Positions 12,698-25,700 of a stretch of 64,000 nt of DNA are shown here, piece by piece. Position numbers and translations under genes: made by a program. Location: the NCBI GenBank assembly GCA_025201805.1, contig MU619241.1, forward strand, positions 357,600 through 421,599. Reading direction: 5' to 3'. The notes below the pieces were generated by a model. That model saw only the letters and a program-made list of their open reading frames with translations. It searched no databases and was not told where the DNA came from. Source of the stretch: Parasitella parasitica NRRL 2501. Its lineage: Eukaryota; Fungi; Mucoromycota. Each line of letters opens with the position of its first letter. The stretch's first letter is position 1.

Positions 12698-14922
12698 ATG
12701 CAGGACGTAACAATTCCTCCTCCTTCTCCTCCTCCTCCTCCCTCAGACTACAAAGATGAAAAATTTGAATATGACATCAACTCTATCCATGATCAAGTCA
12801 TTGTAGAAGATGCCCATCATCTTCCTATCGAAGAATATCAGTTCACATGGCGTGCAACTATTGTAGGGTCTCTCTTGGGCTGTTTAGTTGGTAAAAATTG
12901 ACATAATGGATGTCATTGTGCTTTCAATACTAATGCCTTGCATAGCCGCATCAAATACTTATCTTGGTTTAAAAATTGGTTGGACCTTTGGTGCATCTCT
13001 TTTTGGTGCTATTTTCTCGTTTGCCATCATTAAGCCCATCTCCAGGATTCTGCCTCCCAAGTGGGGTGGTGGTTATTTTGGCCCCAAAGAGAACTGCACT
13101 GCTCAATCTGCCGCAACTACCGCAGGTGGCCTTTCCGCCGGTTTCGTATCTGGTATTCCTGCAATGTATAAATTAGGCTTGATGACTACACCCAAAGAGG
13201 ATGCTGCCGCCCTAGTTCGTAAGTTGAAATTTTTCACTGGATTTGATCCATACCATTAAATATTATATACGTCGGTGATACATAGTCTTCACAATTGCCT
13301 CCGCCTTCTACGGCCTCTTCTTTGCAGTTCCTCTTCGTAATCATTTCGTTGTCAAGCAGGACTTGACTTTTCCTACTCCTCGTGCTGCTGCTGTCACCAT
13401 TATCTCTCTTCATGATTCAGTCGAAGGCGAAAAAGAAGCAATGAAGAAGGCCATGTGGATGGGTATCTGGTTTTTCATCTCCTTCATTTGGAGTCTGATC
13501 TCTTACTGGGTTCCTTTCTTCGACACTATTCACATTCTTTGGTGGATTGGCCACGATGCCGGTTACATTCCTTTGCAAAGCGCTGATGCTACTTGGGGCT
13601 GGAATTTCAAGTGGGATTTCCCTTTCTTTGGCGCTGGTTTGATGACTCCCGGCGCTACTGTCAATACCTTCTTCTTCTCCACCTTGTTGGTCTACGGCAT
13701 CATTGGCCCTTGTCTGGTTCACACTGGTTACTTTGTTCAAGCTATGGGTATCACCTCCAAGGGCGCTACTACGCAGTCCTTCTTCTTGTGGCCTGGCATT
13801 GCCCTCATGGTCCTGACTTCATTTGCTGAGCTTTTCGTACGTTACGACACTCTTTGGCGCGGCATCAAGGGCGGCGTAGTTGGTCTTTATAATGGCTGCA
13901 TTAATGCTTTTCTCTTGTTCAAAACGCACATCTTGAAAAGGGATTTGGACGAAAGAGAGTTGAATAAACTGAACCCTAAGCTGGATGATGAGGAAATCTT
14001 TAGTCAAAAGGAATTAGTCCCCGCCTGGTGGTGGATTCTCGGTGTCTTTGTCTCAATCATCTTCACCTGTGCCATTATGGGCGAATACTTTGGTATGCCC
14101 GTATATCAGTCTATCGTGGCCGTCATCCTCGGGTTCATCCTCTCGTTTGTGGGTGTCCAAGCTGCTGGTGAAACTGACATCAATCCCACTGGCTCCATCG
14201 GTAAAATGTCTCAATTAATTTTTGCCGGCATGCCCGGTGATAACATCAACCAAGTTCGCAAGAACAACCTGATGGCCGGTAACATTTCTGCTTCTGCTGC
14301 TGCCCAAGCCGTTGACATGGTGGGCGATCTCAAGACAGGTCAGCTGGTGGGCGCTTCTCCCAGATCTCAATTCTGGGCTCAGTTTGTCGCCTCCTTCTTT
14401 GCTGTTGGTATTGCTGTTGGCCTCTTCATTCTGTTTGCTGAAGCCTATCCATGCGTCACAAGCACTGATCTTGATATCGATTGTGAATTTGGCTTGGTTG
14501 CTGTTACTGCTTGGTATAACGTTACATTGTTGTTGACTGGTGGCGGTGAAAAGCTCACCAGAGAATCAATCATTTTGACTGGTGTTGCTGCCGGTGTTGG
14601 CCTGGCTGCTCCTTTTGTGCGCGAGTTCTTGGTTCCCAAAAAGTACCACCGTTACTTCCCCTCTGTTTCCGCTATTGGTATTGCCATGATCAACACTAGC
14701 CCAGAAGTGCCTTTATCCATGTTTATTGGCTGGGTTGCTGGCAAGATTTGGAAGCGCGTTGATGCTGTAGCATATGACAAATACATGTACAGTACTGCAG
14801 GTGGCATGATTGCTGGTCAAGGTATTTCTGCTCTTCTTCAAGCTGTATTTAAATTGAGTAATGTTGCTCCCTACCCATACACTGGCTCTTGTATTGAAGG
14901 TCTCCTTGAAAACTGCCCTTAA
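12698..14922 (+). CDS. Oligopeptide transporter (OPT superfamily, YSL-like clade), 2 introns
   Basis: QFTWRATIVGSLLG, ASNTYLGLKIGW, FGPKENCTAQSAAT, LTFPTPRAAA, AAGETDINP, MVGDLKTGQLVGASPRSQF, AGGMIAGQG; many TM helices. Confidence 0.93.
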
Positions 14923-16340
14923 TATCAATTGTACGCGCCGTGTATAACATTTAATCGCATCAAAAGCCTCCACGAATTACTGTAACTCTAAAATAATATA
15001 AATACCATTAATATAAACATCTCTTATATATGCACCTGCAATAAATAAAATAAAAAAATACTGCATTTATCTCAAAATACCATCTGGTTATGTTGGACTA
15101 TGTCGTGCATGGCCGAGAATACCATTTTTATCTCATATTTTTAATTCAACTTTCCCAACCCTGTGGCGTAAACCAATCGTTATCAGTGGTAAGCAGATTG
15201 ATTACTTAATATCCTTGACTAAACCAGAGATAATACTATTATAGTCAACAATGTACGCACGCTTGCTCTGGTTGCCGCTGCTGTTTGATTTATAAAGATT
15301 TGAGCTTTGACCCAACCGTATAATATATGGGGGGGGGTTTTCTTTGGAAATTGTTTTATCATTATAGAAATTTATTCACCATGCCCATAGCTAGCGTCCT
15401 AACTGTCTATCAGGATTAATAAGAATGATGGTACAGCTTACATGATCTCACACGGTATTCCTTTTGGAACCAATCGAGTTTATGGTAGCAGTATGAGTCT
15501 TTGGGTTAGTAACAATTAAGACTCCTGGTCAATGATTACGTATATGCAGAGTTCTTTTAAATGTAAAATAGAGTCTTGAGCTGGTAAAAGGTGATTTGGA
15601 AAACAATATGATAAAATCTTTCTATCCGATCTTGTGCATTCGAACGCAAAAATGAATTTTTTATTGCAAACGCCATGGCTATCTGTGAGATACTACAAGT
15701 CTTGTTTATATTCAAACTTATTTGCTGCTCCATGCATCTTTAGAGATAATAGAACTATCAATTTCTTTTCTTCATGCACGCTTCAAAGATTGTATTCTTC
15801 GAAAGCATAGTTCAACATCTGAAGAGCTTTAAGAAAGATAGAGTATTGCTACGGAGAGTCTTCAAACAGGAACTATCTCAAACCTTATTCTTTGGATTCA
15901 TTTAGGCATATGATATACCGTGTAAAGCTGATTCTTGCATAAACGGCTGGTTATAAAAAGTAAGAAAAAGCTCGGCTCAAGCGGGGGAAATATCTGAGGA
16001 AGCTGTGTGTTCATGCCATTATGCAATGTTTAATGAATATGCAGTATATCTGATGTGTGCCAAAACATGTGTATATGATTTTACGTTACATGTGTACCTC
16101 ATATTCAACTGTTCCATATAACATATGCGATATAAAAAGAGTGGACGATTTAGACTTGCAATTGATATGTGAAGTTATAAAATTTGCTTTGGCAGACATG
16201 AAAAAAAACAAAAAAAACATCAAATTTTATGTTATAATGGTTTAATAAAAAATCACGAGAAAGGGTCTCGATCATGGCTGTATGCATACTATGTTACAAA
16301 AAGATAGATGCTGTACATTGCACAGCATACATTGAGCTGG

Positions 16341-16547
16341 CTACTTTGATGATCTTTCGCTTAGTCTTCTAACTAAACCACGTTCTTCTTTTACCAGGAT
16401 AAATGTTTTTGGGTCGTTGAGTATCACTACACGAGAGAATGTGACACGGCGCTTCAATTCATGCCTGTCTTTGTTGATCAAAATACCACCAGGAACTAAA
16501 GAATCAGAGTTTGAACGATATAAATGAGGCAAAATTTTTACTGTCAT
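16341..16547 (-). CDS. Putative 68-aa small protein with PP1-docking-like motifs
   Basis: ATG in AAAATG context; TATAAAAAG about 45 nt upstream followed by a CT-rich leader; GILINK and KRRVTF motifs. Confidence 0.55.
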   Translation of the reverse strand: MTVKILPHLYRSNSDSLVPGGILINKDRHELKRRVTFSRVVILNDPKTFILVKEERGLVRRLSERSSK

Positions 16548-16781
16548 TTTAAAGAATGATAGGATATAAACAAGAGAAAAAGGGTCCCCTTTTTATAGTC
16601 GATTGATGGTTAAGATCATAATACTTAATTGACCCAAGTGACATGAGGATAAAGAGCCTGGGCCTGGGCTTTCAGATTATATTCAGGAACACAACTTGGT
16701 CATGTCTATCTTGTCGAATTAAGTTTATACCGGGCATGTTCCAATTTCAATACACATGATTACTCCTTGCAAAAAAATCAG

Positions 16782-16821
<40 letters not shown>

Positions 16822-17089
16822 TTTGTTTTTTTTTTTTTTTTTTTTTTACTTGTGATGAATGATTACTACACATGTGTATTCATGATCTTTTATAGATCAA
16901 AGAGCCCGTCTTAGCTACAAACATATACTTGATAAACTTCTGGTTGAGCACCTGAAATTCCTTATCCTCATTGTGTATCATTTTTCAACGAATTCCAAGA
17001 CTTCCTTGGAAAAGAAAAGCAGCAGGTAAACTTGATTAGACATCATTATCTCGTTGCAATATTTTAGTGTTTTATACAGGGTCTAGTTT

Positions 17090-18582
17090 TTATTTGGAAA
17101 TATCATACGTGATCCCGACATGACGAAGGCGATCAATCAAATCAGTTTCCCAGAACGCAGCTGCCGGTGTCAATACACCGCTAGGAACATAGCCTTGGCT
17201 CTTGTTGTTCAAAATAGCCATAGCGCACTGCAGCACAATACGAGGAGTGGCAATATAGCCAGATTCAGGTCCACGCACAACCACCTTGATTTTTCTGTTG
17301 GGAGGTACGTTATAATGAGGGTTCAATGCATGATCATAACCCTTGGATCGAAGAATGATTTCGAATGAACACTGTTCAAGCTGTGTTTCGGTAGGATGCT
17401 GTTTGGAGAACAAACCAGCAGAGAACAATTCCGGGAATCTCAGTAAAAGATTTCGGCCCCAAGGAGAACCAGCCAAGAAACCAAAGATATAGCCGTAAAT
17501 AGTATAAAGAATGACAGCCCAAAGAGACGGCAATAGCAAATAAGCAGCAAATTGGATGGGTGGAGGGAGCACAACGTCTGGCTTTTGCTTTTCAGGTTGA
17601 GCTAGTCCAGTAAGGAAAATTTGCTGAGAGAGACGTACGATGGAAGGATCAGCAAATACAAAGGGTACATGATAACCAAATTCTTCGTCTTTGTGAACAC
17701 CCTTGTGAAACTGGAGTTTTTCACCTTGAGGGTAAGGAAGCTTTTTCAACGTAGAAGCCTTACGGATCTCTCTTAACAATTCAGCAGAGCCAAATCCATG
17801 GACTAGATGGTATGCATTTTAGCATCATATTATATGTGAAGGTTTTCTATCAAATGTTACCTGCAGATTCAAAAGTCGCATATCCACCACGCATGCCAGC
17901 AGGACCAACGTGTAATTTCAAAAACATTTCAATGGATTCGGGGACCCATCCATGCTGAGTATACAGGTTTTTGGTGAATACAACGCCCATATCGGTAGGT
18001 ACCTACACAAATGTTTTAGTCAATGCAACCTCGCTTCAGCTAGTAGACAAAAGCTTACGCTATCAAAACCGCAGGAATGCACAACGGTGACATGGTTAGC
18101 AGCCGCTTTATCCTGGTAAGTTCGCTGCATTCGCTCCACAAATTCAGGCTCGCCTATATATTATAGTTGTCAATTTCTATAGAAACAAATGAGACAAATG
18201 CTTGCAATTTACCTGTTACATCAACATAATCACAGGAGTTTTCAACACACGAACGTACAACGTATTCGCCCATGAAACGGAATGGGCCGACGGCGTTGAT
18301 GACAACTTTGGTCTGGCTTGTCATCTCGTCTACCTGTTCTCTTTGGGCCACATTAGCAACTAGAATAGTAGGGTTGTCAATAGTTGCATTAGGATATCTA
18401 TTCGCCATTTCGTTTATAATTTGCTGGAGTTTCTCGGCACTTCTGCCAGCGATAGCCCACCGAAAATTTGGGGAATAAAAGTCTGGTTTGTCAACAGATA
18501 GCTCGAATACATGTCTAACAATTTGTTTCCCGGTCAAACCAGTGGCTCCGAAGATTGTGATATCAAATTGCTTGTTTGTCAT
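17090..18582 (-). CDS. Saccharopine dehydrogenase-like oxidoreductase (SCCPDH family), multi-exon
   Basis: IFGATGLTG Rossmann motif, WAIAGRS, INAVGPFRFMGE, YVDVTG/EPEF, VHSCGFDS/VPTDMG, GPESGYIAT, GVLTPAAAF. Confidence 0.92.
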
Positions 18583-18987
18583 GTTTATCTAAAGAAAAGT
18601 ATCGAACAGCAAAGAAAAGAAAGCGCTTTATAAGAGCTTCAAACAGGAGAAAAAAAAAAGATTGTATTTGTAAACAACTAAACCCCGAGACAGTAAAGGA
18701 TTAAGCCGCATATGATGAACATAAAAGGTAAATGTCGCGAACTGACTGACCTAGTTATACCATAGAGGGCCTGTCTTGAGGTTCCCCCACACCAAACATC
18801 TCTTCAGGCTGTCTGTTCAGTATGTTTGAGCCTACGAGCATAATAATAAAGCAACTTTATCATGGGATATATTTTAATTGCAAATGGTTTATTAAAACAA
18901 AAAAAAAGAGAGAGGCAATGTGTTGAATAATTGTATTGTTAATCTGTGTATACATGTTTGAACTTTTTTCTTTTCTTGGATGTTTAT

Positions 18988-20981
18988 TTACTGTTGCTCC
19001 ATCATCTAATGTACAAAATATCAGTGCTTTGCACAGTTGCCTCAAAGCTATTAATAAATTACCTCAGGGTCACCACCTTGTTGAGGAGCGGGTCCTCTGT
19101 TCTTTGAAAGGCCAGATACAATATCATCAACACGCAATAACAAGCATGCGGACTAAATAAATCACATCAGTAATAAGATCATCTCTCGCCCATGCTAACT
19201 CACTTCAATTGCTGTCTTGATGGTTTGCACTTTAACAGCAGTAGGTTCCCAAATGCCATAGTCCTTCATATCAACAACTTTGCCAGCTTCGCCGTCAATA
19301 CCAAATGAGTGCTCACCGGCAGCATGCTTGGCTCTTAATTGTGTCAAGGTCTTGATGGCATTGCCACCACAATTTTGAACAAGAGTGCGAGGAATAACTT
19401 CCATGGCTTCAGCAACAGCTCTGTAGGGCCATTGCTCAACACCATCAACTAACTTGGCCTTTTCTTCAAGCTTGACAGAGACTGCCATCTCAGTGGCACC
19501 TCCACCAGGTGCCAATTTAGCGCTGAAAAATACATTACGAGCAACACACATGGCATCTTGAAGGTTGCGTTCGACTTCATTGATAATATCTCTACTGGGA
19601 CCACGCAAAATAACCGAACAAGCCTTGGGATCCTCACATTTAGTCAAGAAAGTGAAATATTCGTCACCAATCTTATCAATGTTGAAAAGACCACACTTTG
19701 TGCCAACGTCGGTTTCACGAAGATCATCAACACGATTAACAATGGTGGCTCCAACGGCACGAGCGATACGGTTATTATCAGTCTTACGAACACGACGGAT
19801 AGCTGTGATGTTTGCCTTGACAAAGTAATGTTGCGCGAGATCTGTTGATCAAAGTTAACACAGCGTCATTTCAAACGGTGCATAACACATACCAGAAACA
19901 CCCTTTTCGGTGAAGACTAAATCAGGCTTCAAAGAAATGATCTTATCACACATGGCTTTTACTTGTTCTTCTTCGATCTGGAGAATACGGTTCCAATCGG
20001 CTTCCTTAGAGATTTCAATGTTGGTTTGCGACTCACCCTTCTTGTACTCAAGAGGACAATCTAATAAAATAACACGAGGGTTCTCGATACGGCGGCGCAT
20101 CTTGGGGTGAGTAACATCCTTGTTCAAGATGATACCATCCAATACTTGGGATTGTTCAATTTCGCCACCAGGGATCTTCTCAACACGAGCATAGCGTTTG
20201 ATATCAACTTCAGTTTTGCCAGTCCCCTCTTCTTCAATAGCAACGCAACGAACAGCATCTAAAGCAAGCTTGCACATTAAATCACTCCAGGTGCTCACGA
20301 ATTTTGTACCGATGGAAGATTTAATAAGTGCCATCATTTCATCTGTATTGTTCACATCAACGGGGTTGGAGATATCTTCGACAATTTGTAAAGCATCCTC
20401 GAGAGCCTTTTTGAAAGCACTGATAATAACAATAGGATGGATGTTGTTTTGAATATGAGGCAATGCACCAGCGAGCACTTCACCAGCTACCGTAAAGCTG
20501 TATTAGTTATAAAGTAATAGGGTGCCCCCCTGAATTTGATTATGCTTTTCTTTTTTTTTTTACCGAGAATAATGACACTAGTAGTACCATCGCCAACTTC
20601 CTCATCTTGTGTTCTGGAAAGTTCAATCATACTTTTGGCAGCAGGATGATCGACTTCAATTTCGCGAAGAATGGCGTTGCCATCGTTTGTCAATAAAATG
20701 CCACCCATTGGATCAAGCAACATTTTTAGCATGGATCTGGGGCCAAGACAAGTGCGAATAACATCAGCTACTGTCTACATGGACACCGTTTACAGTAAGC
20801 ATGCATTGCAAATCTAGTCGCAGTCTATAGCTTACCTTGGCAGCAGTAATATTAGAGAGCTGAGCTTTACGCCCTGACTCACGTTCCATATTGGTATCTA
20901 AAATCATCCTACAATTAATACTCTTTTCTATTGCAAGGTCTAGGCCAAATCCATACTCATGACAAGAACTGGTGCCTGCAT
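18988..20981 (-). CDS. CCT3: T-complex protein 1 subunit gamma (chaperonin CCT3), multi-exon
   Basis: MQAPVLVM start; TNDGNAILREI, QDEEVGDGTTSV, YARVEKIPGG, LEYKKGESQTNIEI, PGGGATEMA, LLLRVDDIVSG; tiny last exon MMEQQ*. Confidence 0.97.
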
Positions 20982-21239
20982 TTTGACTCGGTAATCTATA
21001 CTTTTTTCTTTGAAAAAGGGGAAAGAAAGAGAGGGAGAGAAAACAAAGGATATTGAAAAAATTTTATTTGAAGCGCGTGTTCTTTCGCTCTGTCATTATA
21101 AACTTTCTCTGATGTTCTAAAAGGGGTTGATGGAAGTATTGGTTGCAATTCGAAATCGGTTATTTAAAAAAAATCTCTTCGTTGAATGGCACTGACAAAG
21201 ATGCAGGCTTTTTTCTCTTAAGATAGAATACAGTTTATT

Positions 21240-22131
21240 ATGAATACTCGAATCTTGGTAATGAATTTGCATTGATACAACTTATCAAAGGTGATAAAAT
21301 GTACCTAACACCTGTCAAAGTTTGTTGGTTTAGGAAACAAGACATTGCCAAACACTAGACACAATGTTGGTATGATGGTTCTTGATTCCATTGCCAACAC
21401 ATTAAACCTCACTTGGTCTCAGAATAAGAGCTGGAAATCCGACGTTACCGAGACAACTATCAGAGCTGAAGCAAAAGAGTACCAAGTGACATTGCTAAAG
21501 CCAAGGAAACTGATGAATGTCAGTGGTTCCTGTGTGGCACAAGCAGGTTTGTGAACATATCAGTTTAAAGCCTTTTTTTTTTTTCTTCCTTTAATGCCTA
21601 CGTTTTTTTCTTTTTTTTTCTTGCCTCTCTCTAGTCAAGGACCTTCGAATACCACTACAAAATCTATACGTTTTTCACGACGATATGCAAAGAGATTTGG
21701 GAAAAATCAACTTGAAAGGAAGTGGATCTGCAAACGGACACAATGGCATTAAATCAGTGATTGAAAATCTCAAAACAAACGAATTTAAGCGAATCCGTAT
21801 AGGCATTGGTCGTCCGCCTGCTAACATTGATGATCGCTCGTATGATGTTGTAGCTGGATATGTATTAAGCAAGTTTACCCAAAGCGAAATTACAAAATTA
21901 GAGGATTTGGTGTATCCAATGTGGACAAAAAATCAAGGGCTGGAGTTGCTATGTGATAAAGGCCAATTGTTTACAGCGCCCAAAGTGAAAAACAAAAAGA
22001 AAATCGTAGATCCCAGTAAATGGGAGGAAAAGCAACAGAAAAAACAAAACTTGGACAACGGGCAAACATTGAAAACAATTTTGGAAAATGCTGCAACTGT
22101 ATCTAACAATGAAATCAAGCAGAAATCATAA
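21240..22131 (+). CDS. PTH1: Peptidyl-tRNA hydrolase (Pth1 family), 2 introns
   Basis: FVGLGN, TRHNVG, LLKPRKLMNVSG, HDDM, GSANGHNGIKS, RIRIGIGRP, YVLSKF. Confidence 0.94.
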
Positions 22132-23079
22132 ATTTTACAACTTTAGTAGTAGACAGTTGGCTTTACATGTTATCATCCTGAAACATTTAATTATAGACGA
22201 TCCCCACATTTGTGTTCGTTAGATTAAAGAAAGCAAAATGGGATAAATACACATGTTAAATGTTGGTCGACTCAGGCTCGAATTTTTTGGTAAATTGTAA
22301 TTGGAAGCAATGATCTACTACAAATGCAACAATGATTATAGAGAAAGAAAAATAAAAATATGTAAGACTACACATAACATATGTCAGTTATACTTTTGAG
22401 CAAGGACATCATTAAGTACATGGCTATGGAATGAATTATTAAACTTAAACCAGACAGAACCAAATACTAGTAATACATTGCCAAATTAAGTGATAAATAA
22501 CCAGTTATTAACAAAGGGAGAGGAAGAGAGAATAACCAGAATCAAGAGCATAGACTTGGTAGAGGGAATACCCATACCCTCTCAATAGGATCATTTGCAT
22601 AAATGAGAGAAAGCCTACTAAGGGAAGTTGGACCCCAGGAACAACGTTTTGAAATACATTCACAATAATAACGATCTGCATCTCACTTCTAGATTCATCC
22701 AGTTACCTTAAATTATTGTAGACTACATAAGTGCACAGTTAATAAGATATACAATACAGATTTATACTATATAAGATATAGGCTAGAGATGACACCAGGA
22801 GGATGGATGACGCTATAGAATCAAATTTATATTTCGACACGAGCCTTAGACATTTACTAGATTTTTAGTATATGCTGCGAGCTTATGCCATAGAAGATCT
22901 ATGCTTCATATGCGTATTTTCAGTTTCCACATATGCACCTCAATATATCCATCATACCTAGCTACAGATACATTATGTACAACAGACTTGTACAATGTGT
23001 GCAATGCTATAGATATGCTCATAACATGCTATAGATATGCTACATATACGAATATACGCAAAGATGAATACCAAGTGAT

Positions 23080-24220
23080 ATTTTGCTATGTTTGGACCCC
23101 AAACTCAGATTCGATTTTCAGTTTTCAACTTTGGGTCGATCTTCAGGGTCATTTTTAGGTACGGATTTGAGGTCCAAGCCAGGTATATCCTAATAATAGC
23201 ACACTGAATGTTTCTCATCACGTTTTTCGAATTCAAATATCTATCTTTGTTGTCAAGATAGTGCCAAACAACCAGATTTTGCAAATTTTGCAGATTATAC
23301 AGCATATGGGCCTATAGTAAGTACTTAATTTTGAAAGTAAATCATGTTCAAGTTTTTAAGTAAACTAGTAGAGAACGTTTTGATATACCTGCTGGTACCA
23401 ACCATGTCTTTCTGATACTCGAATACAACAATTTTGAGCTAACTTTGTCTTTGTACACAGAGTTTTGCGTGCCAATTTCTCAACAAAACATTAAAATAAT
23501 TTGACTTGAGTAATTATTAAAATATTTTTGTAGCATAATTTTCTGCTAGATGTGTAAGTTTCAAAAGGATATAGAGAAAAAAACATATTTTCCATCTGTT
23601 TTCGGCAGAGGCTTGATTTATTTTCATAACTTTCAGAGCAACAAAGGATATACAAAATATATATTTTTTGCAACAAAATCATAGAGCTACTAAATAGCTT
23701 CATGATGGCTTTGGTTTAGTCAAAAAATGCCGATTTTTGAGCGAGATAATGGCGAAAAACACTATGGTTTTTTACCCTTTTGAATGGCTCCATTTTGGCC
23801 CTATAAGTCTAGGGACGGGAAAATGTTGATTGGTTTTGGTCGAGATAAGAATTTGATTATTGGCAGAAATAATAAAGCTATAGTTGTGAACAAGATATTA
23901 ATGTGTAGGTATTGACATTATGGTTTGTTTGGTCAAGTTTATAAAGGTGAAAGTGCTCAAAATATGTTTGCTTTTACTCAAAAACTATCAAAAAGTGCGT
24001 TTTTCGGATATTTGAAAATCGGTAATAAGAAAAAGTGTTTATATAGCCCTGTCATCTATATGTTTAGATGCAGAATTCATTTTTTATTATAAACACTTAG
24101 TACACATATTCGGTATACCTATTACGTTTTTGAGCTATCCAGCAATGAACTAATGCAAAAATTCTTCAATTCTGGTTTGGGTCAAATGGAAACACACAGC
24201 TGGGATTGAATTTACAGTCT
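23080..24220. repeat. Non-coding ~1.14-kb direct repeat, copy A
   Basis: Collinear with 24569-25700 at an offset of about 1490, from ttttgctatgtttggaccccaaa to aatggaaacaca..gctg.gattgaat.tacag. Confidence 0.9.
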
Positions 24221-24568
24221 CTTTTCTCACTGCAAATTTCTCACTGCAAATGAGAACACCGCCTATTTTCAATTGAGGAGCAAAGGCTGATTCTATTAAG
24301 TAACTTTGGTATGTCTCAATATAAATCGATAGCTAAGATATTGTATGATACGGGTTCAAAAATCATTTTTATATACCTTCATTTTTGAATGAAATAAATA
24401 CCACTAAATTTAAAGCATTACCTTTTTCTCCGCTAAAAGGCCCAGGTTGAAATCTTTGATATCTTTACAAACTATTAAGCGATAGAGACATAACCTTCAG
24501 CCAAAATCTTGTTTTTTGCACCTTTCTTTGTTATATCCGAGTTTTATGCACCTCTGACCATTTTTCAG

Positions 24569-25700
24569 ATTTTGCTATGTTTGGACCCCAAACCTCATAT
24601 TCGATTTTCAATTTTCAACTTTGGGTCAACCTTCAGGGTCATTTTTAGGTACGAATTTGGGGTCCAAACCTGGTATACATCCTAGTACTAGTACAATAAC
24701 TGTATCTCACTACGTCTTTGGATTATCGATATCTATCTTTGCTGTCGAGATATTGCCAAAACCAGATTTTGCAGATTTTGCAGATTTTACAGCATTTGTT
24801 CTTATAACAAGTATAAGATTTTGCAATTAAATCATGTTCAAGTTTCTAAGTAAAGTAATAAAGCACGGTTTGGCACACCTACTGGTATTAAACATGTCGT
24901 ATTCAAGCTCGAATTCGACAAGCTTGAGTCAATTTTGTCTTTTGACGTAATACTTTGTCCGGTTTTTACTCAACAAACTACTAAGACACTTGGGCTTGAG
25001 TGATAATTCAAATCTTTTTGAAACTTGATTTACTACTTGATGTATTAGTTTTTAGATAGATATGTACAAAAAAAATTTTTTTCATATATTTTTAGCAGTA
25101 GCTTGATTTATTTTCATAATTTTCAAAGCAATAAATAATATTTAAAGCTATATTATATATCAATAAAAACATAGAGCTACAAAATAGCTACGGAATGGTT
25201 TTTGTTTTGTTAAAAAATTTCAATTATTGAGCGAGATAATGGCGAAAAACACTATGGTTTTCTACCCTTTTGAATGGCTTCATTTTGGCCCTCTAAGTAT
25301 AGGACCGGAAAATTGTAGATTCATTTTGGTCGAGACAAAATTTTAATTTTTGGCAGAAATAATAAAGCTACAGTCATAAACAAGGTATTGATGTGTAAGT
25401 ATTGACATGATGGTGTGTTTGGTCAAGTTTATAGAGCTGCAAGTGCTCCAAATTGTCTTGAATTTACTCAAAAACTATCAAAAAGGGCGTTTTTTGGATA
25501 TTTGAAAATTGGTGATAAGAAAATATGTTGATATAGCCTTGTAATTTATATGGTTGGATGCCGAATTTATTTATTGCTATAAAACATTTAGAACGCATAT
25601 CCGATATACCTATTACTTTCTTGAGATATCTAGCAATGAAAAAGTTCTGAACCTGTTTTGGTTCCAATGGAAACACATTGCTGAGATTGAATCTACAGCC
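24569..25700. repeat. Non-coding ~1.13-kb direct repeat, copy B
   Basis: Diverged copy of 23080-24220, roughly 75-85% identical by eye; no shared ORF. Confidence 0.9.

Noticed and set aside
15240-16030. Possible degenerate gene or transposase fragment downstream of the OPT gene
   Set aside because: Only short interrupted frames with no identifiable motif
23080-25700. The two direct repeats as the LTR pair of a retrotransposon or TRIM
   Set aside because: No TG...CA termini, primer-binding site or polypurine tract were evident, and the 345-bp spacer has the same dyad-rich texture as the repeats; not fully excluded
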